A stretch of 60,578 nt of DNA, the filler included, from Dugesia japonica (taxonomy: Eukaryota), in NCBI GenBank assembly GCA_001938525.1. It is 5 parts of 5 records of this genome, joined end to end, with 100 filler letters (N's around TTAATTAATTAA, not from the genome) between each part and the next. Parts side by side here need not be neighbours in the genome. Positions count along the whole stretch, not along the records: positions 22,365 to 42,009 come from MQRL01610384.1; 4 more parts are not named here. One strand, 5' to 3'. The notes beneath the pieces were generated by a model, which was given only the letters and a program-made list of their open reading frames with translations, did not search any database and had not been told where the DNA came from. Made by a program: the position numbers and the translations under genes. Below, piece after piece: positions 24,781-37,792 of this stretch; position 1 is the stretch's first letter; each line of letters begins with the position of its first letter.

Positions 24781-26979
24781 AATCTACATCAAGGTAATAA
24801 ATTTATTTTGTTGATAATATCTAATTTGTTTCTATTCAGACATGGCATTAAACGAAAATCGATTTAGAACTACTGTTGTATATGTAATTGTGATGTTCAA
24901 TAAATTTTGTATTTAAAATTGAATTTTGTTTTATTAAAAGAAAATCTGAAACACCATTTAAATATAAAAATCTTTTTTAAAATTTGTTTGTTAATAAAGA
25001 ATTTTAAAAAAGAATTAAATTATTGTATCTAAAGATAACAGATATTCTGTCGAAACATATAATATATAATAAATATATATTTAAATGGCGTTTCAGTGTT
25101 ATTTTTCTTAGATTAATTTATTTTATTAGTTGATTATTTACTTTTATTTAAAAGTTTTTTTTATAATTTTGTTTCAATATATACTCAAGTACAAAGAGCA
25201 TGAGTCATACATTTTCAATATGTGTGCAATAGGGATGAATGTTAAGCAAATATCATGAGTCATGCCTGTGCAATACAAATGCAGATTAAACAAAGACATT
25301 GCAACACGAATTTAAATTAAACAAAGGACTAATATAAAAAAAATTAAAACTTTAACAAACTGGTTAATAATGAATTTAGATAAAATTATAGACGATATGA
25401 TTGATCATATTTGTACAAATTAATCTGATGATGGTTAATCACTGCTTGTAACAACTAATCAAGATAGTAATCCTTTTTTATATGACTAATTAAATCTAAA
25501 TAAATATTTAATAATTAGATACTGATGCAGTTCAACAAGATGCTGTAGAAATAGTTGAAATAAATGCATCATTAGAAGAAGATATTAGTGAAGAAATGAT
25601 TGATACTCACCCAAATGAAGAAAATGATGATGAAGAAATAGATAAAATTAGTATACTGCAAATTGACAAAGATGTTGATGAAGAGATTTNNNNNNNNNNN
25701 NNNNNNNNNNNNNNNNNNNNNNNNNNNNNNNNNNNNNNNNNNNNNNNNNNNNNNNNNNNNNNNNNNNNNNNNNNNATATATACCAAAGTGATTGTCTATG
25801 TGTGTTACCTTGCATAAATATTTCAATTGCAACACATAGAAGTCAATAAAAATTAAAAAGAAGTCATTACAATTTCTTTTAGAAATTACATAGAAGTCCC
25901 CAAAAGATTTCAAATTTCTACGAAAAAATATTTCAAAAATAGATAAAAATCATTACAAATTACATAGAAGTCAATACAAAATGCATAGAAGACATTTCAA
26001 ATAACATAGAATAAAATACGTATTACATAGATGTCAATGAAAATTTTCAAATATACTAAAGTAATGGTGTGTGCATGTGTTTACTTTCAGAAATTATGAT
26101 TAAATATTTTAATTGATTACATGTGTGAAATAAATGTACCATAAATGCAAGTTAAAATTTTCATAAACTTTTTAAAATAAATTTTTTTATTTACAATTTG
26201 TAAGTAACTAATTTATTTATGTTTTATTTAAGTTTTAAATTTATATGGCGAATATCTCGCTACGTATTCGTAAAAATGATTTGAAAACATGGCATCTGTA
26301 TTCGTAATCTCATTTAAATTTATTGATATCTAGTTCGATACAATTTGAAAAAGAAATATCACCAAAAATCCATTTTTAAAATATCTGTNNNNNNNNNNNN
26401 NNNNNNNNNNNNNNNNNNNNNNNNNNNNNNNNNNNNNNNNNNNNNNNNNNNNNNNNNNNNNNNNNNNNNNNNNNNNNNNNNNNNNNNNNNNNNNNNNNNN
26501 NNNNNNNNNNGCTTTTCGATAAAAGTTTAGGAGACAATCCTATTTTACTTTTGAATTTTCCATCTAAATGTGAAAACCAAATTTCTAAAACACCTTGTTG
26601 GGTCGAGGGGTTCTCATTTAAAGAAAACAAATTTTCGATGATGCAATGTAAACGCAGTTTTTAAAACTGCTAATATGTTTTAGTACAAATTATTATTTCA
26701 TTATAACTATAACTATTATTGTTATAGTGTTCAGATGCGCTACACCTTTTATCTCCAGAACGAAATATTTTAGGACAAAGGTTATTTAGACAATGTATAN
26801 NNNNNNNNNNNNNNNNNNNNNNNNNNNNNNNNNNNNNNNNNNNNNNNNNGTCACACCTAACTGAACCCACGACTGCACCATGAGAACCGTCACGTCATTC
26901 GCATATAAGAATACAATGACGATACCAATACTTTGAATTCATACCGAGAAAGATGAATACCAAATATTGAACTCCTGTG

Positions 26980-27245
26980 CGAATTTATCACCCAATCAGA
27001 TTGCAAGAAATTCTATACTATGTCAAGGTTTATACCACCAGAGCTTATTTAGACAATGTATAGTCAGTCTTTAATTCTGTGTCGAATGGTACGAAATTCA
27101 AATTCATAAGTTTAAAAAAAAGAGGCTGTTTGAGTTTTCAATTTTACATCTTTAATAATATATACCATCCTAAAATTCTATACCAATGAAATTTTTATAC
27201 CACTTTACCAGTGGGGGTGGTACAATGCGCTACTATCTATATACT
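26980..27245. mobile_element. Putative Polinton right terminus
   Basis: GGGGGTGG...GCGCTACTATCTATATACT matches the termini at 17869 and 51339 and the reverse complement of 28509. Confidence 0.45.
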
Positions 27246-27534
27246 AAATTGGATTCTGAAATTAAATGAACTCTCGTAAGTTAAAACTAAATTTTATACA
27301 TTTTTTCTATTTATAAAATTCAAGTTTAAATTAATTTTTCAAATTTATCTAGTAAGAATTATTTTTTTTTCCACATAAATTATTTGACATTTCCAATATC
27401 TTATTATTTCATTTTTCAGTGACAGAATATGAAATATTAAAAAGATTTATCCGCTCTCAAGAATAGATTAAACATTCATTAAAATTTAAATTTTTAAAAT
27501 ATAAATTTATTAAAAATATGTTACATAACGTTAC

Positions 27535-27715
27535 TTGATTATTAGAGTATGCCCAAGAACCGAAAGATAATCTGCATATTTGATCATCAAATGGAAAATA
27601 GGAAATATCCAATCGACACGAACTTCGCATTGTTACAATTGGTTTCCATGACAATTGTCCACCACTATTAATAGTTACAAGGGATTTATGATATTCTGTA
27701 AATTTTTCTTGAACA
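27535..27715 (-). CDS. Nicotinic acetylcholine receptor subunit, Cys-loop exon (181 nt)
   Basis: TTTTCAG acceptor and GTAACG donor; encodes (S)VQEKFTEYHKSLVTINSGGQLSWKPIVTMRSSCRLDISYFPFDDQICRLSFGSWAYSNNQ with C-x13-C and loop B GSW. Confidence 0.95.
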
Positions 27716-27749
27716 CTGAAAATGATATATTATTATTATTATTTTTATT

Positions 27750-27800
<51 letters not shown>

Positions 27801-27850
27801 NNNNNNNNNNNNNNNNNNNNNNNNNNNNNNNNNNNNNNNNNNNNNNNNNN

Positions 27851-27898
<48 letters not shown>

Positions 27899-27904
27899 GT
27901 ATGA

Positions 27905-28132
27905 TTATTCATTTAAAAAACAAGCTTCGATCAAAATTTGTTTATTTTGTTTTTGATAATAATTATTAATTATAAAGTCAATTCCTGATGAAGACAAAGT
28001 CGAAATATAGAACTATTATCAAAAGCCAAAGAAAAACAAATTTTGATCGAAGCTTTTAGTTTAATGAATTCTGAAAAACGATCAATGGTTACGTCCAGCA
28101 ATTATTCTCGCAATAATTGCAATTGTAAACAA
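27905..28132 (+). mobile_element. Short non-autonomous Penelope-type repeat (pseudo-LTR plus inverted partial copy), copy 1
   Basis: Inverted arms AAGCTTCGATCAAAATTTG / CAAATTTTGATCGAAGCTT; 28037-28130 matches the reverse complement of 37793-37886. Confidence 0.65.
27978..28015 (+). ncRNA. Minimal type I hammerhead ribozyme motif
   Basis: TCAATTC-CTGATGA-A-GAC-AAA-GTC-GAAA-T-ATA-GAA: intact core, 3-bp stem II, palindromic AUAU stem III, short stem I (TTC/GAA). Confidence 0.6.
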
Positions 28133-28508
28133 TTATGATTATTATTATTATTATTTAATTAGAATTTTTGGCGATAAAGTTTTTTCTGATATAAATAGCT
28201 TTAAAACTAATCATCATTAAATTGAAGCATAATAATTTTTCTTTTCAGACTTAATATTTTAAAATCAAACATTTATAATAATGTGAACATTTTCTTTTTC
28301 CGATTGTTTATTAATCAAATTTGGGAGCGTTATTGTATTAAATTAAATTTTCTGGTTCAGAATAATTATTTTCAATTTACTTTAAATTCAGCATTATTAA
28401 AAATATTTTAATTTAAATTTATTTTAACAAAAATTATATGGAATTTAATTATCGAATATTGATGTTTTCAGAAATAAATTAAAAATAGCTTCTTCCAATT
28501 CTACATAT

Positions 28509-28680
28509 AGTAGGTAGATAGTAGCCCATCAGAATAGCCCACACTCCCGATAACGTGTCCTGAAAATTTTATGTTTGGAAAATTGCGTCATTTTGATTGG
28601 TTAATTTCAGAAGAAAAAATTTTAGATTTCGAATTTGATTGGTCAAAAATCTGAGTTGATAGAAAGTGGCAGTTTGGAAC
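28509..28680. mobile_element. Putative Polinton left terminus
   Basis: Begins AGTAGGTAGATAGTAG, the exact reverse complement of the 13-nt end at 17857-17869, followed by two TTTGATTGG (CCAAT) boxes. Confidence 0.5.
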
Positions 28681-29894
28681 AGCATACATTCAACCCCCCA
28701 GAATTATTGATGTATAGAAACTTAATCCCTATGTTTTTAGTTGCGAATTTAAAAATTACATCATATTAGGTAACATTACGTCACTGTTTTTAAATTTTTG
28801 CTGCGTATTTAGTTGGGAAAAATATTTGCACACAAATTATGTAATTGAATAAATTTAATCGGCGAGATTTTACGTATTAGGATTAACTGTTTTTCAAATT
28901 TTCCTATGTTTTTAGTTGGCGAGCAAAGATTTATGTGCAATTACATAACTTTTGAATCTTAAGTTTTCTAAGAGACAATATTTTTCAAGCTTTTTAGGCG
29001 AAAAAAAATTTTATGGAGTTTTTTATGGGAATCCGGGTGAACATCCCATGTTATTTAAATAATATAAAAATATAAAGTTTTTTAAATGAAATATTTTATG
29101 GAATCTGGGTGAACATCCCAAATTTTTGAGAAAAATATTTTTTATGCTCAGATTTCAAAATTTTTATACCAAACTGCTAAGAATTTTTGGTTTTTCCAAT
29201 ATTTTACATAGAATTTTTCGAAAAACTTCTTTCTTCTCAAAATTGGTCAACAAACTGTCTATTCGATAGAAAACATTTTGCTGAGTATAAATATGTTAAC
29301 CTAAAATCGGAATTGGAATTTGATTTTACAATTATATTTTTCAAAAATAAATTTTAACTGAAGAAACTTGTTAATTTATTTTATTTGAAGTAAATTATTT
29401 TGATGTGTTGTTAATTTATTTTTATTAATAAGTGTTACTATTTATTGTTTACAAAAACAAATTCTGACATAAAAGATTTATTAATAAAAAATTGACCAAG
29501 AAAATATGAAGGTAGCATGAAAAAGTAATAGATATTCAACAAAGAAAGGAAGCAGGAAAATTCCTCAGCTGAAGAAAACAATAAATTATTGAACAGAAAT
29601 AAATAAGGATCTCAATAATTATTACTATATTACTATTATTAATATATTACTATCTCAATAATAATTACTATAAGTAATCTCAAAGATTACTATAAGCCAT
29701 AACAAGTGAAGATAATTAATCTGACACAGGCCTACATGCGATAGCAACATCCCTGGAAACCCAGCAAAACTAACATCTCTACAGTTATTGATATTGTAAA
29801 NNNNNNNNNNNNNNNNTAAATATAAATAATTCATATTTATATAGAAAATGCAAACTTTTAATGAAAACAGAATAATTTTAATTAAAATATTAAC

Positions 29895-30004
29895 CTATTA
29901 AACAGGACAATATCTGGTAACCATATTTTGTTGCATGGAATTCTCAATTTGCTGACAAGTTCGTATTCACTAGTATTCCATGATAACCTTTTATCTGTCC
30001 ATTC
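29895..30004 (-). CDS. nAChR subunit exon (110 nt, loop A)
   Basis: TTTAG acceptor and GTTAAT donor; encodes [37 protein letters not shown]. Length and phase are typical of nAChR genes. Confidence 0.95.
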
Positions 30005-30939
30005 CTAAACATTTAATAAATTATTATTATTTAATAGGATTACTATTTTAAAAATTTTTCAAATCAATCTTTACCTATGTAACGCTTCTAAAGGGTTTGA
30101 AACTAAGTTTTTGCCGAGTTATGTAGTGTTTTATCTGTAGATTTAAGAGTAATGGACAATCCACAATTAATCAAAACTGTTTTATTTATTGAAATATGAA
30201 AAAATTAAAATTTTTAATTTTTGTTTAAATGTGTCTAAATGAATTCTCAACCTCAACTTTTTTAATTTTCAATGCTCGGTGAAAAACCTACTTTCCAACT
30301 TTATATTCATTATATATTTATGTATTTCATTATCCACTATATTTAGAATACCAACAAATTAGATTTAAAATTTTGTAATAAAGTTTTACACAATTTAATG
30401 CATTGATGACCCATATCGTTTGTCACTGTACATATTGAATCTAATGTAAACCAGTTATTTTCACTTTAAATATAAGGTAAAGATCTAACTATAGAGAATT
30501 TAATTTATTTTATCATCTTATCACACATTCAAAGTTACAATAAAAAAATAAAAAGTTTTCTTAATTTAAATGCATGCAATGTGTAAAGAAGAAAGTTGAT
30601 TCTCGTCTGATTGATTATAATGTTGTAGTTTCTACAAATTTGATCAATCAGATTGAGACTTTAATGAATTATAGATATTGTGAAAAAGCACTTCAATAAT
30701 CTCAGATTAAAGAGTTATGAAAATTGATGAATTTTGAAGAAAACCAAATCAAAAACATTAGCAATTCCAAGCAGAATTGATCTCCCAAAAAAGAAGCTTT
30801 ATTTCATAAATAAATCTTTTATTAGTAAAAACTTTTTTACAAATATTAACTACTAAAAACACCATATATTCAAATTCTTTCATTTCATTACCGTTTATTT
30901 TTGGTACTTTTCTTCAGAAATTACATTACTTTAAAATGT

Positions 30940-32142
30940 GTTGTTTTGTTTTTACAAGTTTAGAGAACTCTAAACAATTCATATTTAAGTTGTATTGGAT
31001 TGATAGAAGTGCATCAAGAGTATAAACATTCAAACGACTTTTATTATCATCCCAAATATTGTTCATAAGCGAAAGAGTTCTCTCCACTTTGGTTGATGTA
31101 CCTGCAAGACCAAATCCAAATTCGACTAATTTTTCCGTATTGACTAAAGCCGTTGAATTTTCATGAAAATTATTAAAACTTTTAATTCAAATGTTTTCAG
31201 GAGATAATTTTGAGTCTATCCAGCTTGAAATATTACTTTCAACAAAAAATTTCATTAGACCGTATTCCTCAAACAACAACTGTATAGATGCTAAAATGTT
31301 TATAAAGTTTTGCAATTACTACTTCTATATCAATTTCTAAAATTTCACATTCAGCACTTGATGCACTGTGAGCAATATGAGCGCAGCATCCATTTCCGAT
31401 AATATTGTGTTTCAACTCATTTTGAATTTTTCTCCAAAGATTATTCGTTCCTTTTCTATTTATACCTCTGAAATTTAAGTTTGTGTTATCTGTTGAATAT
31501 GCAATAATTTTGTCACTTAATTCGTTTTTTTGGAATGTCATCTATAAGGCTTATACAAACTGTTGGTGGTTGCTTATTATTAATTGATATTATTGTTACT
31601 CTCCAATTGATGATACTTAAAGTTTTATTAAAGAATCGAACAACAATAGCAACATTTTACTATTTTTATGATTAGATGTATCTGTCATCATTGAAGCAAA
31701 GCTTATGAATTTCATCTTAACACACTTAATCTTGTCAATAAATGGTGTGATTACCATCATGGTAATTACCGGTATCTTTGTCCGTCTTAAGGTAAATTTT
31801 TTGTCAAAAGAATTGTTTATTAATTGTAATGAACAGTTATTCTAGTGAAAATCTAAATTGTCGATTCTTTAGCAGCAATCATAAGNNNNNNNNNNNNNNN
31901 NNAGTTCTCTTGAAGAAACCGCTTAGCTTTTTTACTAGACGATCCAGCTTCGATGGATGTTTTATGGCGTTTAATTTCAATATGTTGAATAATATCTGTA
32001 CGACCACCAGAAGCAATTGAAAACTTTGTTGAGCAAATATTAAAAAAATGCTTTACATTTATCACCGTCCACTTTTATAATAAATTCAAATTCTGCGGAA
32101 TATTTCGCATTCCAGGCAGTTTTTCTTTTCTTTCCGGACATT
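30940..32142 (-). mobile_element. Internally deleted hAT-type transposase
   Basis: N-terminal zinc-finger-like ICSTKFSIASGGRTDIIQHIEIKRHK; AYSTDNTNLNF..GNGCCAHIAH (CxxH); C-terminal GTSTKVERTLSLMNNIW...SRL. Confidence 0.75.
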
Positions 32143-33358
32143 TTGGACTAAGAAATTTAATTTCTTATACCATAAAAATATTGAAAAATAATCAGTAGTT
32201 TAATTATAATTTTACTTACAGAGAAGAATTATAAAAATTTTTTCGGAACATTAACTGAATTTTTGCTAATAATTAGTTAATAAAAATAAATTTATTATTT
32301 TTCGATAACAAAATAATTAATTATGTTGATAGGTGTGAAATTAAAGGGTAATCAGCTATGCTAAATTGAAAATTGAAAATTTTCAATAACAGTTGCAACA
32401 TCACATGCTAAAATAGATTTATTTTTTCCATCAAAATAAAATTTTCAATAAAAACCGAAAACAGTTTACATTTTCTTAAAATAAGTGTTTTTAGGTTTAA
32501 ATATGATTAAAATTAAATTTAATTAAAAAAATATTCTGTGAGATAAAATTGTTAAGAAACATACAAAAAATTAAATCTAAATTTTACAGTTTACCATCGA
32601 TGAGCGTTATTTTTGGAAGACAGATTGAAAACATTCAGACATTTTAGAAAATATAGTGCACATTTGTTTGGATAACATTATGAAAATTATTTAAACAGTC
32701 GAATTTCAAAGAATATACAAAAATCCTTTTCAACATTCTTTGAAATTAAATTTCTTAACCGCTGTCACCATAAAAGAAAAATCAAAATCCTAACAAATTG
32801 AAAAATACGAGACAAATCTTGACAAAACGAGATACTGGNNNNNNNNNNNNNNNNNNNNNNNNNNNNNNNNNNNNNNNNNNNNNNNNNNNNNNNNNNNNNN
32901 NNNNNNNNNNNNNNNNNNNNNNNNNNNNNNNNNNNNNNNNNNNNNNNNNNNNNNNNNNNNNNNNNNNNNNNNNNNNNNNNNNNNNNNNNNNNNNNNNNNN
33001 NNNNNNNNNNNTTAAGACTTTAAATACTAATTTTATTGTGATATTTTTAAAATTAAAATAATTAAATTAAAAATTAAGTTTGTCGATTTATTATTTAATT
33101 AGTTATTTAATTAAACTAAATTCTATTTTAAAATTTTAGATATTTGTATAATTTTATCGAATTAACGTTTTTAATAAAATATTAATAAATTTTTTTAAAA
33201 CTTTTCAATTATCTTTGAATGAATCTTAATGAATTTTATTTAATATATCTTAAAAATACTGATATTTATCATTTAACTCTTGAAATGAAAGTTTTAATTT
33301 AATTTTTATTTAAATTAGTTATCACATACAATTTATGTAAATAAATTATAAACGATAC

Positions 33359-33403
33359 CTGATTTAGCCAAACAATTGTTGTAAGAATTTCATTTTTTTC
33401 ATC
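33359..33403 (-). CDS. nAChR subunit exon (45 nt, loop D)
   Basis: TTTTTAAG acceptor and GTATCG donor; encodes DEKNEILTTIVWLNQ, the conserved 15-codon nAChR exon. Confidence 0.93.
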
Positions 33404-33874
33404 CTTAAAAAATATTTCTTNNNNNNNNNNNNNNNNNNNNNNNNNNNNNNNNNNNNNNNNNNNNNNNNNNNNNNNNNNNNNNNNNNNNNNNNNNNNNNNN
33501 NNNNNNNNNNNNNNNNNNNNNNNNNNNNNNNNNNNNNNNNNNNNNNNNNNNNNNNNNNNNNNNNNNNNNNNNNNNNNNNNNNNNNNNNNNNNNNNNNNNN
33601 NNNNNNNNNNNNNNNNNNNNNNNNNNNNNNNAAAATCATGTTGTATTTTCCGGCTTTGCTACCTCTTAAAACAGTAGTGGTGAACCTTCATTAATGTTCC
33701 TAAGCAATATCTAAGCGGAAAATTAAGAGAGTAAACCGGTCAAATCCTATAATGCCCGGCAAATTTTCACAGAATTTCTATTTATTTTATATGTTATCTT
33801 TAATAAAAAACAAATAATTTTATAATAATTCTATTATTTATATGAAAAATATATTAATAATAATACAGAAAATC

Positions 33875-33935
<61 letters not shown>

Positions 33936-34027
33936 NNNNNNNNNNNNNNNNNNNNNNNNNNNNNNNNNNNNNNNNNNNNNNNNNNNNNNNNNNNNNNNNN
34001 NNNNNNNNNNNNNNNNNNNNNNNNNNN

Positions 34028-34095
<68 letters not shown>

Positions 34096-35528
34096 TGCTA
34101 GTATTACTATGATTATTATTAATTATGAACAAATTAATTGTGAACAATATATAAAAGATACTGATATAAAGTAGGATAAAATTGTTAATTTTTTTATTCA
34201 GAAAAACTCAACGTTTGCTGATATTGATATTCAAAAATTATAGATTTTACATTTGCATAAACAAGTCAACTTTCAATAGATATTTATCTTTTATTTTTTT
34301 TGTTGAGATCACTCTGTTGAAATAAGTGACATTTTACAAACTGTTTTATAACTTGGAGTATCAATGAGCATTTTCAAAAATAATAGAAAGTGATAATGAT
34401 TTCTACTTCTTATGATTGTAAATTTCATCTACCTTCTTACACAATTCCACTGTCATTGTACTTATTTTCGAGATTTAAACAAAAATTAGCATAACAAATC
34501 ACTTTTAGAAATCATGATTTCTTAAATATGAATACATGTTTTATTTTATATTGAAATAGTTAAAATTTTGGTTAGTCGTCATGAATAAAGGAATGCGCAC
34601 TGAACAAAGCTCCCTGTGCGAAGTCTTTGAAAGTTGTCAAATGGCTGTGCACACACACAGCTTTGAGGAAACAGTGCTTTTATGGTTTCTATGCTATGAA
34701 TTGGCGAACAAACAAATATTAATTGATATTTATCTTTTAAATAATTAAATATTATTTAAAGTCGTAAATTCCAAAAAACAACCACTGCTTTTTATCAACT
34801 ATTTTACTTATTTTTTAAAACCATATAAACTAGTTTTTTTGTGCATCCAACTGTTATATGTAACCTATATGTATTCAATTAAAATTGGACATAATTTTTA
34901 AATGTCCAGTTAATTTTGTGTATTTTTATAGACAAAGTAATATTGTAAAATACAGTGACAAAAATAAATGTAGCAGAAAAATTGATAAATACCAAGATAA
35001 TAAAATAAGGCAGCGAATAAATTTTAATCTAAGAAAACCAATTAATAACTATAATAATTTCGTCACTCTCCAGAGATGCTGCTACTCGAGGACAAACAAT
35101 CCTAGTGTTATTTGTAAACACTACTCGTTTAAATTTAGACTTTTTGTAAGCAAAATACATATTTTGTAAAAAATTTATTAATTAATTAATATCAATCTAA
35201 TTTGTTTACATAATTATTTTGTTAATACTATCCTTAAATTTATGTTTTCTCTTTATTAGGCAGAATTTCACTTGAAGTTTACACAAAGAATAATGTATTG
35301 TTTAAATAAACAGCTTTTAATACATTACAGATTAATTATCAATTATCCAAGTAATAATTTCATAAATATCGTTAATTTAAAAGAAATTAACTGTTTTGAA
35401 ATTATTGATGTGTGTGTATGTAATATTCCGAAATCGGACGCACACAATATACAATCGAGAAAACATACACAAACAAATTACATAATTGAAAATATTTATG
35501 AATTGAAATCATTTTTTTTCAAATTGCA

Positions 35529-35948
35529 ATGAAACCTATATCAATTGCAATTTTTTATTTGATAATAAAATGTGTGAGTTGCCAAATGAATATTCCGTTG
35601 AATGAAAATGGATTAATTAATCGAGAAGATTGGAAATATTGTGCTTTATCAATCTGTGGAACTAACAATCCGGGTATAAAGTTATATTAATGAAAATTAC
35701 TTTTGAAGAAATTGTGACTTATTTTTCAAGGTAATTTCACTTGGGCTGAAAAAAGGTGTTGTGAAAAGGGAAATTATTTGAATCCAGCAAAATGTTGTGT
35801 TTATATTTCTACAATGGCAAAAATAAGTTTTATAACATTTTCTGTTATCGTCATCTGGGGAATTTTGATTATAATTTGGATATTAATTTTTGTTAAAAAG
35901 AAGATCTCTAACAATTCTGATAATAATCACACAACTGCTTCTTCGTGA
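35529..35948 (+). CDS. 120-aa type I single-pass membrane protein with a six-cysteine (C-C-CC-CC) ectodomain, Shisa-like/STMC6 candidate. Exon 1 35529-35673, intron 35674-35730, exon 2 35731-35948
   Basis: Spliced translation: MKPISIAIFYLIIKCVSC-QMNIPLNENGLINREDWKYCALSICGTNNPGNFTWAEKRCCEKGNYLNPAKCCVYISTMAK-ISFITFSVIVIWGILIIIWILIFV-KKKISNNSDNNHTTASS*. 57-nt GT...TTTTTCAAG intron; AATAAA at 36009. Confidence 0.75.
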
Positions 35949-36959
35949 ATTATCAAATTTTTTCATATTTTGCAGCTATCGATTATTTGTAAATGTAAAA
36001 AGTGAATGAATAAAAATTTATAATTGTTTTATCAGTATATCTCAACAGAAAAGTTATAATTGTCCCAAATATACTATAGATGAAATACTCTAATTAAAAT
36101 TTAAATATGTAAATTTATTTTTCTTAACACCCTTCGCAATTTATATATTTTAAGGTGTATTGGAGTGAATAATTTAACGTATTTATTTTTTAGCAACTAA
36201 AATTTAGTGTTTCTTTCCGTGTTTACAATCGAAACTATAGTTATTAATTATTTAATAAAATAGATGCAATTTTTAAATTAGAAATAATATTTATGAAAAC
36301 ATAAACACGTAGCTATTTTTATATAGGATCAGAGATACAACTTGAATTGTTTTAAAGATTATTATAATTTTATCAGTATTTTTTAGAACATTCTTTTACG
36401 TTTTGATTTTGCAAAAAATATTCCTCATGATTATTTAGTTTAAAGATATAATTGCATTTAACTGTTAAATATTTTTGACAGAATTTTATTTTTAGTTCTT
36501 TTAAAATGACATTAAATTATTTATTCAAATTAAATGGTAATCACAAATGTTTTGATAGCATTTTAAAAATACATCATTTGTAGCAAATAAACATTTTATT
36601 AAATTAATTTACGTTAATAGTGATTTAAATATATGATTATTTATATCATTCATCGTATCATTATGTAAATAATTATATTTATTTATGGACTTTTTAAATT
36701 GTGATTATTAGTATTATGTCAGTCGATTGTAATTGATATTAATTATAATTATTACTCGTATTTATTATTTCCCCCTTCGTTATGCTTCTTGGTCGGCCAT
36801 AAAGCATGACATGAAGTTTTTACATAAAATATTAGGTATGGTTGAATGTATACTAATCAGGTATTTTTGGAATAATTAATTTTGGGTTAATACATTAATC
36901 AGTAGGGTTTTATTTGAATTAAATATTTATTGATTTTAACAAAAGTGCAAGTACAAATC

Positions 36960-37510
36960 AAGAAAATATTTCCCCCACATTATTTACAATTCTTTCCTAA
37001 AGATTTGGTATTTTTCGTTGAAAATATCCTTTAGTTTGGAAGTAAAGAAGTTATCAAGCCGATTTCGAAACGCGACGTTGTGATCAAAGAGATTCCTTGA
37101 ATATTGTTAGTTTGAGATCGAAACAGAGGGAAATCTGATGCAGAAAGATCTGGAGAGTAAGGTGGATGCGGAATAACCTCAAAACCGATCATAAATAGCC
37201 TTTGTAATGTTAGCAGTATGATTTCGAGCGTTATCGGGATGCAAAATGATTTCTTTCCGGTCGCTTTTCCTTAATTGCAATTTCAAGACAATAGAGTTGT
37301 GAACAGTAAATGCTAGCACTAGCGGTTATATATCTTGGAAACAATTCATAGTATATGACACCGTTTTTGTTACATCAAATGCGCAACATCATTTTACCCG
37401 GATGTCTACTAGATTTTACAAAAGAAGTTGCCTTTTCATTAGGACTAAGCAATTAATTTATCTTCTTGATTATAAATATCATGCTATAGTCAATTGATGA
37501 CCATCCATCA
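36960..37510 (-). mobile_element. Mariner transposase relic
   Basis: GKMML...GVIYYELF...YCSQL..LEIAIKEKRP and FEVIPHPPYSPDLSASDFPLF (YSPDL motif). Confidence 0.85.
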
Positions 37511-37792
37511 TAAAGGTCAATTGCTGAGTTGTTTAGTGTGAATTTTCATTAATTAAGATGTCCGTATAATCCTCATCATAGTTTTACTGTTTTCCTGTAA
37601 GTTTGAATAGTTTATGGAAAAAATTGAAATTATCACCAAATTCAAAATTTCTAAAATAATATATTAAACTATAGTATGCTATTAAGACAACTTTAATACA
37701 CAATATTTAATATACCTAACAATATTTAAAGATTTAAAATCAGAAAGTCTATATATCCATTTAAAAAAAACATTCAATCAATTTCTTTTTGT

